Both the position numbers and the translations under genes were made by a program. Below, piece after piece: positions 41,539 to 51,256 of a stretch of DNA of 64,000 bases (the first letter of the stretch is position 1; each line of letters starts with the position of its first letter). Source of the DNA: Bacteroidota bacterium (lineage in GTDB: Bacteria; Bacteroidota; Ignavibacteria; Palsa-1295); NCBI GenBank assembly GCA_021324685.1, contig JAJPIQ010000032.1, forward strand, positions 2,878 to 66,877, written 5' to 3'. Below the pieces are notes generated by a model. It saw nothing but the letters and a program-made list of their open reading frames with translations, had not been told where the DNA came from and did no database searches.

Positions 41539-42105
41539 TTAAAGTCGACCGCCGGGGATGAAGTCTTCTGTCATGAGCGCTTTATGCACCCAGTCGACTC
41601 GGATTTCGTCGTAACCTGCGGGCGGCAGGATGGGGAGATCGGCCTGAAAATTTGCAAGTGTGGGCTCCGTCAGAAGCGTAAGGCCGATGGCGTTCCCCGA
41701 GAAGACAACGGTTCCCGAAACGAAGGAATAGAACGCGGCGTCGTCGGAGGTTACGTCCGCCATTTGATAATACATGGCGGGATCGACGGGGACGGCCGGG
41801 ACCCAGAGACTGTCGCCTACGTTCCTTTGAATCGCCGCGCCGAGAACTTTGACGGTGTTGCTTGGTAGTACGGCTCCATTGCTATACGTAGCGACAGTGA
41901 TAGCCGTACTGCCAATAGCTTCAAGTTCCTCGGGAGGAATCTCGCGTAAGAGCTGACAACTGATTTCATAAAGGAGGAGCTCGACGTCAGCCGGGTCCCA
42001 GTACGGATTGAACTCTTCGTTCTCCGACGGCGTGCTGAACAGTTCGGCTTCGCGCTCGCGCTGCGCGATCGAGTCTTTGAGGTCCGCCCAAGTTACTTGC
42101 GGCAT
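41539..42105 (-). CDS. Phage structural protein (hypothetical)
   Basis: 188-aa ORF in the morphogenesis operon. Confidence 0.4.
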   Translation of the reverse strand: MPQVTWADLKDSIAQREREAELFSTPSENEEFNPYWDPADVELLLYEISCQLLREIPPEELEAIGSTAITVATYSNGAVLPSNTVKVLGAAIQRNVGDSLWVPAVPVDPAMYYQMADVTSDDAAFYSFVSGTVVFSGNAIGLTLLTEPTLANFQADLPILPPAGYDEIRVDWVHKALMTEDFIPGGRL

Positions 42106-42696
42106 TTAGGTGAACGAGAGAAGTTTGCGCTGGAACTCTTTATTGAAATAATTCCACCGGTCGACCGCGTCCCGATCTTCCTGCGCCACAAGCTCGCGGC
42201 AGGCGAGCGTTTTAACCAAGTGATAAAAACCATCCGGGAACGGCGTGAGCGTCGCGCCAGAGTTCCCGATCGCCGGCGGGAGGGACCAGTAGACCATCGT
42301 GTCGGCCGACCCGTACGCCAGCCCCCCTTTGACGTAAATGAAGTTCGGGCCGAAGCTACCGCCGCGTGTGCGAAAGGCATCGCCGATGCCGACTGGAACT
42401 TTAGGAACGAACTGATACGGGGAATTCTTATATCCGCAGAGGCAGTACCAATAGTCCGAGGGGACGGCCGTGCCGGCGCCGAGCGAGGCGGTGACGGCAG
42501 CCGTTTTGAGTAGGCGTGCTACAATAACGTCCGGCGTATGTGGCGCGTGGATCATCGCGCGGCACAGATCAGCCTGCGCGACGGTCAGCGCTCGTGCGAT
42601 GCTGGCGTCCGTATAGAAACGGGCGGAGGTGGAGGCCCCCCGCCCGGCATCGTTCAGCAAATATCGCGCGCGGGAAATTAAGTCCGTATCGAGCAC
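42106..42696 (-). CDS. Phage structural protein (hypothetical)
   Basis: 196-aa ORF in the morphogenesis operon. Confidence 0.4.
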   Translation of the reverse strand: MLDTDLISRARYLLNDAGRGASTSARFYTDASIARALTVAQADLCRAMIHAPHTPDVIVARLLKTAAVTASLGAGTAVPSDYWYCLCGYKNSPYQFVPKVPVGIGDAFRTRGGSFGPNFIYVKGGLAYGSADTMVYWSLPPAIGNSGATLTPFPDGFYHLVKTLACRELVAQEDRDAVDRWNYFNKEFQRKLLSFT

Positions 42697-42705
42697 GGCG
42701 CGGAA

Positions 42706-43278
42706 TTATTCTTGCGGGAGGTTGACTTCCGGCATGGCGATCGCGCTCACGCCATCTACCGCGTTAACAGCAAGGAGTGGATTCTCGGAGAGAACTTTTT
42801 TACGGGCCTCGATCTCCGTTCGAGCCGCTCGATCGCGACCCAGGCGAGCCAGGTCCCTTGAATCCTCATTCGTCACTTCGAGCAGGTCGAAGAAGAGGCC
42901 GTAGGAGGGGTCGACGATCAGCGCACGGACGATGTCTTCCGACTTGAAGCCATCGCGTACCGCCTGATTCACGTCGGTCCGACACGGGAGCTTAAAGACA
43001 TAAATCTTCTCCTCGTGCCCGAACATATTGTCTTTCGTGAGGACCGGCTTCGAGAGCGCCACCTGAATACTTCCGCAGTCCGGCGAAGTGGTCTCATCCG
43101 TGATAGTGCGACCCGAAGGGGCCTGGAACGATTCGCGCTTGACGGTGCTGATCGGAACAATGAGCGCCCGCCGAAACGGAAGGTCGTCGTCCTGATCGAA
43201 CTGCGGAGAGGCGAGGGCCGCGGCCTGTTCGCGCGCCGCTTTGGTGACGCGTTTATTGCCGGCTAATTTGCTTGGCAT
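42706..43278 (-). CDS. Phage head-tail joining protein (hypothetical)
   Basis: 190-aa ORF immediately downstream of the capsid gene. Confidence 0.4.
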   Translation of the reverse strand: MPSKLAGNKRVTKAAREQAAALASPQFDQDDDLPFRRALIVPISTVKRESFQAPSGRTITDETTSPDCGSIQVALSKPVLTKDNMFGHEEKIYVFKLPCRTDVNQAVRDGFKSEDIVRALIVDPSYGLFFDLLEVTNEDSRDLARLGRDRAARTEIEARKKVLSENPLLAVNAVDGVSAIAMPEVNLPQE

Positions 43279-43358
43279 AGGGTAACTTTTTAGTGTGGGG
43301 ATTAAAAAAGAGGGTGGGCCTCCAGGGACGGAGGCCCAGCACCCTCAGAGCGAAGACC

Positions 43359-44573
43359 TTAGTTGGGGTTCTTCAGGATCGCGTGCGAGGTCGCAAAGCG
43401 AGCTTCGACGCCATAGCGCGAGCTGAGCGCGATCGAGTGACCGGCCTGACGCGGGAGCGAGGTGTCTTTCACCTCCATGAAGTTCGGACCGAACTGGCGG
43501 AGCCAGATGAACTTCGGATCGACGACCAGGATGCCGTGCTTATACGGCGCGACCTCCCAGAACTCCTTCTCGAGCATTACGAGAATCTTGAAGTTCCCGA
43601 AGAGCGTGTACTGGGCGATGTCAATGCCGTAGGCTTGACGGCCCATCTGAAGCACGCGGACCTTGTCCTTTACGAACTGGTTCAAGTCGAGCGCGGCATC
43701 CGGACCGAACAAGCCGATCTTCGTGGAGCTACCCGAATACTTGTTGTTCCAGACGGCCGTGCGAAGGAACGTGTCGAACTTCGACTCCGTAAGGGAACCC
43801 GAGAACGTTTGCACGTTGCCAGGATCGACGGTGTTGATGACGCCACGCGTACCGCGCAGAGTACCAGTAAAGGACCCGTTGACGCTGGCCTGGGTATATC
43901 CAGTCGCAACGAAGTATTGTCCGAAGAGGACGTTGCGCTCCATATCGCAGCGGAACTGCGTGATGGCCGCCTCTTTGTCCATCTGGAACTTATTGCCGTA
44001 GTACGTCGGCGAGTACATCATTTCCTCGGTGATGTCGACCGAATAGGACGTCGAGGTAATGCTGTTGCTCTTGAAGGTCGGGCGCGTACCGCGGGCATCC
44101 GGGTAGTAGCCGCCTTCCACGAGGATGTTCCCACAGGAGACGAGAGTGTAAGGACCCGTGACCGCAGCGATATTGCTTCCCGTCGGGAAAAGCATGAGCG
44201 TCACCGTGGACGTGGTGCTCGTGCGGCTTACGACTGCGTGCGTGACAAAATACTGTCCGCTGGTAGCCTCGAAGAATGCGTCGCCAACGACGACGGTGGG
44301 CGAAGAGACGATGACGTTCTCCGTCGGATTGCCTCCGACGATCGAAGCGGTCACGACGTTCGTGCCGTAGTCATACTGTTGTTCCTGCCACTCGAAGGTC
44401 GTTTGGCTGGTTGGCTTCAGCCGGCCTTTGGTCTGGGACAGGAACGAGGTTAAAGGGGAGGACTCACGATCGTAAGTCGTGACGTCTCGGGCAACTTCAC
44501 GAATGAGGTCGTTGCCACCGAGAGAAAACGTGCCAACCGTCGACACGCTGGGCGTGCCAATAAAATTAGCCAT
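43359..44573 (-). CDS. Putative major capsid protein
   Basis: 404-aa protein directly after the scaffold-like gene. The call is by position and size only. Confidence 0.5.
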   Translation of the reverse strand: MANFIGTPSVSTVGTFSLGGNDLIREVARDVTTYDRESSPLTSFLSQTKGRLKPTSQTTFEWQEQQYDYGTNVVTASIVGGNPTENVIVSSPTVVVGDAFFEATSGQYFVTHAVVSRTSTTSTVTLMLFPTGSNIAAVTGPYTLVSCGNILVEGGYYPDARGTRPTFKSNSITSTSYSVDITEEMMYSPTYYGNKFQMDKEAAITQFRCDMERNVLFGQYFVATGYTQASVNGSFTGTLRGTRGVINTVDPGNVQTFSGSLTESKFDTFLRTAVWNNKYSGSSTKIGLFGPDAALDLNQFVKDKVRVLQMGRQAYGIDIAQYTLFGNFKILVMLEKEFWEVAPYKHGILVVDPKFIWLRQFGPNFMEVKDTSLPRQAGHSIALSSRYGVEARFATSHAILKNPN

Positions 44574-44636
44574 AGGTGGTAGCTGGGACTAAGAGAGTTG
44601 AATGGCCGGCGCGGGAGGATGCGCCCGCCAAAGGAA

Positions 44637-45902
44637 CTATTGTGCGGAAGCAAGGAGCTCTCCGATCGCGCCGAAGACACCGTCGTCTTCGTGGACGGCT
44701 TCCGAGGGGACGGCGTTCGTCGCCACGGGGCCAGCGCTGATCGGAGGGTTAGGTGCCACGTCCAACTTAGATTGTGCGAGCGTGGGAATTTCCGGAGCCG
44801 CTTTCTTTGCCGTAAATGCGCTCAAGTCTGCCTTGAGGACGATGAGCGACATATCGTTTTCAGAAATCGGATTTTTCGAGAGCCACTCGCGATCGGTGAC
44901 GTTGACTTTTAAGCCAAGCGCCGAAGCCGTGAGCGCCGCGCCCAACTCCTTCTGTTGCTCGGGGGTGAGCGTAGAGGGATCGAACTTACGCTCGGCAAGA
45001 AGATACGTATGAGCGTTTTTAAGAAGCGCCTCGTTCTTTTGCAGCGTGGCCGTCGCCGAAGCGCTGGCTTCGTTGCGTTTACGAGCCTCTTCCTCTTCGG
45101 CCGCACGTTGCTTTGCAGCTTCTTCTTCGCGTTTCGCGCGATCTGCTTCGATCGCGTCCTGGGCCCCTTTCGCGCTGACGTGGTAGAGGTGTTTCCCATA
45201 CCATACGTCGTACTCGGGGGTGCCTGGGGTGAGGTCGTCGGGCTGGTCTTGTAGATAGTATTCTACGGAGCCCGGTTGTGGCTTGGAGGGGGTGGCCGGT
45301 GTCACAGGGGCCGGGTTCACACCCAGCGCGGCCTGCGCCGCTTGCAGCGCCTTCTGAGGATCGTTCGTGCGGTTGAGCGTAACCAAATACGCGCTCGCAC
45401 CCGGGTCCTTGTCGGCAAGATCGAGCCAGCCTTTCGCCTGCGCGATCGTCTGCTTGTCGGCAGCGACTTTCTCCTTCTCTTTATTTAGTTCACCTACCCG
45501 CTCGTCGTACTTCGCTTTGAGTAGCGTTCCGCCGATGACCTGATGCCACGGGGCGGTCGAGCCGTCGGGAAGTTTTACGAGCTGGTGCGGATCGATCGAG
45601 AGGGCCTGAGCCGCCGTCTCGACTTTATTTCCCTTGTCATCGACAACGGAACCGTCCGTCTGTTGGGTGAGCGTTGTGGTTCCCGCGCCTGCTTCGGGCG
45701 TGGTTTGCGATTTCGTCTCTTCGGCCGTCGCGGATTCATTCGAATTTGTCGCGGGCGTTGGTTCAGATTTCGCTGGCACGTTTGCGTCGGTGCCGGACGC
45801 GGTCTTTGCTTCCGGGGCTGGGAGCTTATCGTCGGTGAAACCACCCGACATGAGCTCGCCTATCGCTTGTCCGGGATCGACCTCTTCAAAAACATTCTCC
45901 AT
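44637..45902 (-). CDS. Putative scaffolding protein
   Basis: 421 aa, acidic, Ala/Glu/Lys-rich and helical (AKREEEAAKQRAAEEEEARKRNEASA). It sits between the portal-like and capsid-like genes. Confidence 0.45.
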   Translation of the reverse strand: MENVFEEVDPGQAIGELMSGGFTDDKLPAPEAKTASGTDANVPAKSEPTPATNSNESATAEETKSQTTPEAGAGTTTLTQQTDGSVVDDKGNKVETAAQALSIDPHQLVKLPDGSTAPWHQVIGGTLLKAKYDERVGELNKEKEKVAADKQTIAQAKGWLDLADKDPGASAYLVTLNRTNDPQKALQAAQAALGVNPAPVTPATPSKPQPGSVEYYLQDQPDDLTPGTPEYDVWYGKHLYHVSAKGAQDAIEADRAKREEEAAKQRAAEEEEARKRNEASASATATLQKNEALLKNAHTYLLAERKFDPSTLTPEQQKELGAALTASALGLKVNVTDREWLSKNPISENDMSLIVLKADLSAFTAKKAAPEIPTLAQSKLDVAPNPPISAGPVATNAVPSEAVHEDDGVFGAIGELLASAQ

Positions 45903-46078
45903 AAAGGGGACTACGTGTGGGTGTGGGAGCCTTCATCGCTGCGACGTATCCACGCGGGGGCCGCGGTTTCGACGAAGGCGGGTTGGGGTTATATGTAAGA
46001 GCGGCGGAGGAGCGCGACCCCCTCCATAATAAGAGTCCCCACAAACTCTACGTTTACGCGCTTGCGCCGCATAAACTT

Positions 46079-46459
46079 TTAAAGCTCCATCAAGCTATAC
46101 CCAACGCTGTACGTATAGCTGGAGCCATCCACGTGTGTCACTTGAATTTGGAACCGCGGGGGGACAACGCCGGAGGTCGCCTGCTGGACCGATCCCGATG
46201 CACTGCTGCACCCCGGTCCAATTACGTACGCATAGGTGCCGGTTGCCGTGACGGCGGTAGGGAGGGCGTTCAACGCAAACCCGTTACCACTGATGGGATC
46301 GATTCCCAGAATCTGCACTTTCAGGCCGCCGGTTCCGGAGGCCGCAGTGACGTTGAGATAGACGACCATCCCCAGCACCCCGCGAGGATTCGCCTGGGTC
46401 GCGGAGGTCGTCGTTGTCGTGCGGGTAGCGAGCGGAAGGCCGCTTTGTGTGCTAATCAT
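46079..46459 (-). CDS. Hypothetical phage protein
   Basis: 126-aa ORF coupled to the portal gene. Confidence 0.35.
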   Translation of the reverse strand: MISTQSGLPLATRTTTTTSATQANPRGVLGMVVYLNVTAASGTGGLKVQILGIDPISGNGFALNALPTAVTATGTYAYVIGPGCSSASGSVQQATSGVVPPRFQIQVTHVDGSSYTYSVGYSLMEL

Positions 46460-48814
46460 TTAACTCGAAGTGCGTTTGATGGACCGGTTTGCGTTATCTT
46501 TGGCGGTTGGGACGCCGGTGCTCGACTTACCCTGATGGCCTCCGCCACCACGATCTCGTTCCCACGAAGGAGTGAGGTCGTTCTGATGCTCCTGCGCCAT
46601 ATCGAGAATCTCCTGGCGGAGCATTGCATGAAACGCGTTGTCGGACGCGACGGCAAGCGGTTCGGCTTCGACGCCGGCCGCCTGTAAGAGCGTGGCCTGC
46701 GTCGCGGGGCCTTCGGGGAGTTTTCCAGTCAGCGTAATCGATGGCATATTGCGCGCTGCCAAATCCGCGAGACGGCTCTTCACCATCGCCTGCATGATCT
46801 GGACCTCGAGCTTCTTCATGTCGCGCGACTGCTCGAACTGCTGGATTTGCTGCTCCATCTGGTTTTGCGCCTGGAGCCGCGCGTCCCGATTCTGGATAAT
46901 CTTCGTCTTGTCTTCGAAATCGATGTCGGACAAATCCAAAATGACTTCGGCCGCATCCATCGCGAGGTCGGGAACCTGACCGAGTAACTGCATCAGGCGC
47001 GAAAGGCGTGCGTCACGTTCTGTCGGGCTCGCGACCACTTCGCTGACAATGATGTTGAATTTCATGTCCTCAATGGATTTTACTCCGTAATCGAGGATGG
47101 AATGGAACTCCGGATTACTCGCCTCATCCGTCACCATCATCTGAACCCCTGGGTCCAGGAACTGTGAGTAGTAAAGAATATCCTCTGCGACTTGTTTATT
47201 GAAGCGCCGGAGCGCATCGAAGGCGGGGATATTCGCAAGCGACGCTTGCGATCGTAAAAACTGAGCGTTGCGTCCACTTTGTCCGGCGAAAGCTTCTTGG
47301 CCGATCGCATTGGGCCCTCCGAACTGCTGCTCCATGTCTCCGGAGACGATGCCGAAGAGCGTTTGATGGAGCGTGCCGGGTACAGGCGGCGCTGCGTGGT
47401 GGACTACTTCGCTCAAGTTCTTGCCAGCGGCGCGCGCGCCATTCACGAGCAAGACTTGGTTGGGGAGGGTGAGCGTTGCTTTGAGCTGGTCGTCCGATAT
47501 TTTTTGTGGTACGGCATCCCGGTCGACAAGGGTAAGCCCCTTTACGCCGGACGCCATTTGGTCGATGAACGACAGGATGCGGTTACGCATGCGCTGGTCG
47601 TCCTTGCCATGCTCGAAGTAGCTCGTTACCTCGCCATCGTAAAACTCTGGGATGTAAAATTTATATGGGTATCGATCGACGGTCGAGGTCGTGACGCGGA
47701 GGAGCTGGTCCCCCACGAAGATAAATTGATCGATCACCGGCAGCGCGACCTGACGCGGAGCGCTGATGCGCGGAACCATTCCATAATACTCGACGACGCC
47801 GGACTCGTAGTATTGCCGCATAAGCTTATTCGCTTCGTCGGCGGCCTGGTTCGGGGTGTCGTAGTAGTAGGAGGTGCCGCTGTACCCGTCGCGAATCAGC
47901 CACTTGGTGGCAAAGCGACGGCGATAAAATTCGCGCTTAAAAACAAGGGCGCCGTATGCGCGCTTGATAAAGGGATCGAAATACGTCGAGTAGTTGTCCT
48001 TGCGGCCGGCCGGAGCGTGAATCTTCGGGCGGATCATGGTGTATATGCTCTCGTACCCCGTCGCGCCGGTCAGTTGCCCCGACTGCCCCCAAATCTCGTC
48101 GTGCCATTCGGGGAACTCCGCGGCCAGCGACGCCTTGTCGACGAAGTAGCCGCGCCACAGGTTCGACGTGTTCTGAAGGGAACCGTTCTGCGCGCTGTGG
48201 ATGTCCCACATGAATTCCTGGGGGCGGTGCCGGTGCAGCGTGATTTTCCCAAACGGATCGTACGGGTCGAGACCGACACCGCACACGCCAACGCCGCCGA
48301 TGATACCGTCGCGAAAGATTTCGCTTTCGATCGCGTCCCAGTCGTTTGTCTGGGCGACCCATCGGAGGATATGGTTCATCATATCCGCCTTACCCTCGGC
48401 GAGTTTATTTGCGGGGATCGCTCGCCAGTCGGTGCGCTGGCCCACCTGCTCGCCTAAGAGCGATAGGATGAAGCGCCGCATCACGTTGCTCACGTAAGGC
48501 TTGCGGCCTTGCGCGATAATTGCTTCCCTGTCTTCGCGAGTCCATTGGTGCGAGAGAAAGAAGTCGACGTTCTCCTGATGGACTTCGGCGCGGGCTTCAA
48601 ACCAGAAGCCGTGCAGGACCTCGAAGTTCTGCATTTCGCGGCGGACAGTCGAAGAGAGGTCCTGAGCGAGCCCTTTTAGTTCACTATAGTCCGGACCGCC
48701 ATTAAGGGAAACGAGGCCCGCTTCCTCCGCAAGCGACTGGACCAGCCCCGGTTGAGCCTGGGCGGTCTGAAGGTTAAGCTGCTCTTCTTTTTCGAACGCG
48801 CTAAGAACTTGCAC
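46460..48814 (-). CDS. Putative portal protein
   Basis: 784-aa protein following the terminase and tRNA in transcription order. The call is by synteny and size. Confidence 0.5.
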   Translation of the reverse strand: MQVLSAFEKEEQLNLQTAQAQPGLVQSLAEEAGLVSLNGGPDYSELKGLAQDLSSTVRREMQNFEVLHGFWFEARAEVHQENVDFFLSHQWTREDREAIIAQGRKPYVSNVMRRFILSLLGEQVGQRTDWRAIPANKLAEGKADMMNHILRWVAQTNDWDAIESEIFRDGIIGGVGVCGVGLDPYDPFGKITLHRHRPQEFMWDIHSAQNGSLQNTSNLWRGYFVDKASLAAEFPEWHDEIWGQSGQLTGATGYESIYTMIRPKIHAPAGRKDNYSTYFDPFIKRAYGALVFKREFYRRRFATKWLIRDGYSGTSYYYDTPNQAADEANKLMRQYYESGVVEYYGMVPRISAPRQVALPVIDQFIFVGDQLLRVTTSTVDRYPYKFYIPEFYDGEVTSYFEHGKDDQRMRNRILSFIDQMASGVKGLTLVDRDAVPQKISDDQLKATLTLPNQVLLVNGARAAGKNLSEVVHHAAPPVPGTLHQTLFGIVSGDMEQQFGGPNAIGQEAFAGQSGRNAQFLRSQASLANIPAFDALRRFNKQVAEDILYYSQFLDPGVQMMVTDEASNPEFHSILDYGVKSIEDMKFNIIVSEVVASPTERDARLSRLMQLLGQVPDLAMDAAEVILDLSDIDFEDKTKIIQNRDARLQAQNQMEQQIQQFEQSRDMKKLEVQIMQAMVKSRLADLAARNMPSITLTGKLPEGPATQATLLQAAGVEAEPLAVASDNAFHAMLRQEILDMAQEHQNDLTPSWERDRGGGGHQGKSSTGVPTAKDNANRSIKRTSS

Positions 48815-48875
48815 GCGGAACGTGGGGAGAGGGACGGGCGCGCGAACGCGTCGCGCGAGAGGGGACCGTCGTTAA

Positions 48876-50075
48876 TTAGTCGCCGAACGGCAGACCGAAG
48901 ATCGTGTGAGCGCCGGGAGTGGGAACCGGGGACTGTGGCGCAGCAGGGGCGGACGGAGAGACGGGCGTAGCTGCCGAAGGGTCCGCATGCGATTTCCAGT
49001 CTTCCATCGGGCTCGATGGGGTACGGGATGGATCGCTGTCGTAAGTCGCGGCCGGACCGTTCCAGTAGTCCTGGAACCGCGTGCCGGCGTTCAAGATCAG
49101 ACCGAGCCGACTATAACCAGCCTTCGTGTTTTCATCGATCGTGGGGTCCGAGAGTCGCCCGTTGATATAGTTACCGTAAAAATCATGGTTCCGAACGTCG
49201 AAGGGGTTATCCACCTTCACGCCACCCAGCATCTGATTCGTAGCGCTCGTGACGTTAGGCCCGAAGCCGCCGTATTGCGCTTGCAGCAGGACCTTGGAGT
49301 GAGCGAGATCGAGGCTCTTGTTTGCCGCGTCGAGCTCCGCCTGCTTAGCTTTAATTGCAGCATCGAGCTCTTTCGCCTTCGCAATATCGCCCTGGTCCAG
49401 CGAAGCGGGGTCGATGGCTTTGCGCTGGGCGCTGAGGTCTTTCAGGTCGGCGGAAAGCCGCCCAGAAGTATTCGCCGCCGACTGATACGCCGCGGCGTCG
49501 TTCAACGCCTCATTAGAAACGTCGTCTCCAACGGCGGGGGGCGCCGTTTTAGTAGCGACCTCAGCCTGCTTCAGCTTGTACTCCGCGGCCGCATTCTGTC
49601 CGCCCCACGCCTCGGAAAGCTGGGTTCCCGTATGCGCGCTCTGAGCCGCAGGCGTTAATTTTGGAACGAACGAAAGGGCTGTGAGATTCGGGGCGGCCGC
49701 ATTCGGGTTCCCCATTTCGTCCCCGATGTAGTTGAGCAGGATCGACGCGCGTTCGCGGTCGGCCGGATCGGCGTCCTGATTCAGTGCCGTTTCTTTCAGC
49801 GGCGCAGCGGCGAGCTGGAGCGCTTTGACCGTATCTTCGCGCTGACTTTTGATGTCTTCGTGCGCGAGCGTTAACTTTTTAAGCGCGTCCTCGTGCTCTT
49901 GTTTCGCCTGCTCGAGCGTCCGCTTGTTGGCGAGCGCGTTCGCCTGCTCCGACTCCTCTACTTCGTTGTCGGCCTCTTTTTGAGCCGCCGCCGCACCCAG
50001 CCTAAAAGAGGAAAGAAACGCGTTGGCATTTGCTTCACGCTGGGCGTCGTCCGTTTTAAACGTAAGAAAGGACAT
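48876..50075 (-). CDS. Coiled-coil phage protein (hypothetical)
   Basis: 399 aa with an N-terminal Ala/Gln/Glu/Lys-rich coiled coil. Confidence 0.4.
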   Translation of the reverse strand: MSFLTFKTDDAQREANANAFLSSFRLGAAAAQKEADNEVEESEQANALANKRTLEQAKQEHEDALKKLTLAHEDIKSQREDTVKALQLAAAPLKETALNQDADPADRERASILLNYIGDEMGNPNAAAPNLTALSFVPKLTPAAQSAHTGTQLSEAWGGQNAAAEYKLKQAEVATKTAPPAVGDDVSNEALNDAAAYQSAANTSGRLSADLKDLSAQRKAIDPASLDQGDIAKAKELDAAIKAKQAELDAANKSLDLAHSKVLLQAQYGGFGPNVTSATNQMLGGVKVDNPFDVRNHDFYGNYINGRLSDPTIDENTKAGYSRLGLILNAGTRFQDYWNGPAATYDSDPSRTPSSPMEDWKSHADPSAATPVSPSAPAAPQSPVPTPGAHTIFGLPFGD

Positions 50076-50140
50076 GCAGGGAAGAGAAGGACGGGAGGGA
50101 AAATTGGAAGCAGACTATCGGCGGTCTGCCAGCGCACTCG

Positions 50141-50213
50141 TAACGGGGACGGGATTCGAACCCGTGACCTTCGGCTTATGAGGCCGACGAGCTGGCCGCT
50201 GCTCTACCCCGCA
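50141..50213 (-). tRNA. Phage-encoded initiator-type tRNA-Met(CAU)
   Basis: The reverse complement UGCGGGGUAGAGCAGCGGCCAGCUCGUCGGCCUCAUAAGCCGAAGGUCACGGGUUCGAAUCCCGUCCCCGUUA folds as a cloverleaf with anticodon loop CUCAUAA. It closely resembles E. coli tRNA-fMet and has an A11:U24 pair and a 1:72 mismatch. Confidence 0.75.
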
Positions 50214-50327
50214 ATAAAAAAAGCCCACAAAACTCTCTGCGAATTTTGTGGGCTCGAAGAGTCGCGGGTCTGGCCCGCTATCTCTTGCTTAAATAATACA
50301 ACGGCGAATGTTTAAAAATAGTTCGCC

Positions 50328-50585
50328 TCAGTGGTCGCCGATGCTATGCTCGCGAGCGGCGCGATCGATGTTCGCTTTTACTTCGGCAGCCTTGTCGCCG
50401 AGCGCCGCGCGGTTCTTCGGCATTCCGATGTACGACTCGGCGGCGCGGATATGTTCATCCGTATCGATCGGATATTTATGGTCTGCCGGGTCCGCGAACT
50501 TTACGTCGCCATATTTCTTCTCACCTTCATCGGCGCCGTCGTGCCCATGAAGGTCGTGAATCGTGTAACCTTGTTTAGCCGCCAT
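50328..50585 (-). CDS. Hypothetical phage protein
   Basis: 85-aa acidic ORF. Confidence 0.3.
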   Translation of the reverse strand: MAAKQGYTIHDLHGHDGADEGEKKYGDVKFADPADHKYPIDTDEHIRAAESYIGMPKNRAALGDKAAEVKANIDRAAREHSIGDH

Positions 50586-51047
50586 TTATGACGCTGCGGG
50601 TGTATCGGTGGGAGCAACGGATAGATCGGCCGGGGGAGCGGGCTCGGAGGGGGCCGAGTTCTCAGCCGGAGCCGGTGCGTCGCTCGATGGCGCGGGGAGA
50701 TCGGCAGGCGGCGACGCAGGTTCTGCCGGCGAACTCGTCGGATCGCTTGCCGGAGCCGGAGCGACATCGTCGTTCGTCCATTCGGCGATCACGCGCGTAT
50801 TCGAGACTTTCACCATCGTGTTCGTGTCCGTGTCGAGCACTCGTTCCTCGTACTCCTCTACGAGCTGGGCGGACGCCTGTTCGGCTAAACTCAAAAAGTG
50901 CTTGACGGATTTTTCACCCGTCACCGGGTCCGGGACAACAGTTCCCTTCACCATCGCGTCGAACTCGTGGGAGGCGATGACGGAGTTAAGAGGGTTATAG
51001 GTCTGCGACTCGGTCGCGCCGAGCGGGGTGTGGACAATGTAGATCAT
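50586..51047 (-). CDS. Hypothetical phage protein with Pro/Ala-rich tail
   Basis: 153-aa ORF. Confidence 0.35.
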   Translation of the reverse strand: MIYIVHTPLGATESQTYNPLNSVIASHEFDAMVKGTVVPDPVTGEKSVKHFLSLAEQASAQLVEEYEERVLDTDTNTMVKVSNTRVIAEWTNDDVAPAPASDPTSSPAEPASPPADLPAPSSDAPAPAENSAPSEPAPPADLSVAPTDTPAAS

Positions 51048-51256
51048 TCTGGGTCTTGCTTGTTGATAGTGACGCCTTTCTTATTGGCTTTGAGGACGTA
51101 GCGTTTCGTCGTCCCCAGATCGCCCTGCGTCGTATGTGTGATAGCTATTTCTGTGGCGTCTTCGAAAATATATTCGTGACGCCCGATCCTGAGCCGCACC
51201 TGCGCTAAGCGTTTAAACGGCCCATATCGATGCTCGTCCGTAGACAGTCTGCTCAT
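51044..51256 (-). CDS. Hypothetical small phage protein
   Basis: 70-aa ORF translationally coupled to the terminase gene. Confidence 0.3.
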   Translation of the reverse strand: MSRLSTDEHRYGPFKRLAQVRLRIGRHEYIFEDATEIAITHTTQGDLGTTKRYVLKANKKGVTINKQDPE

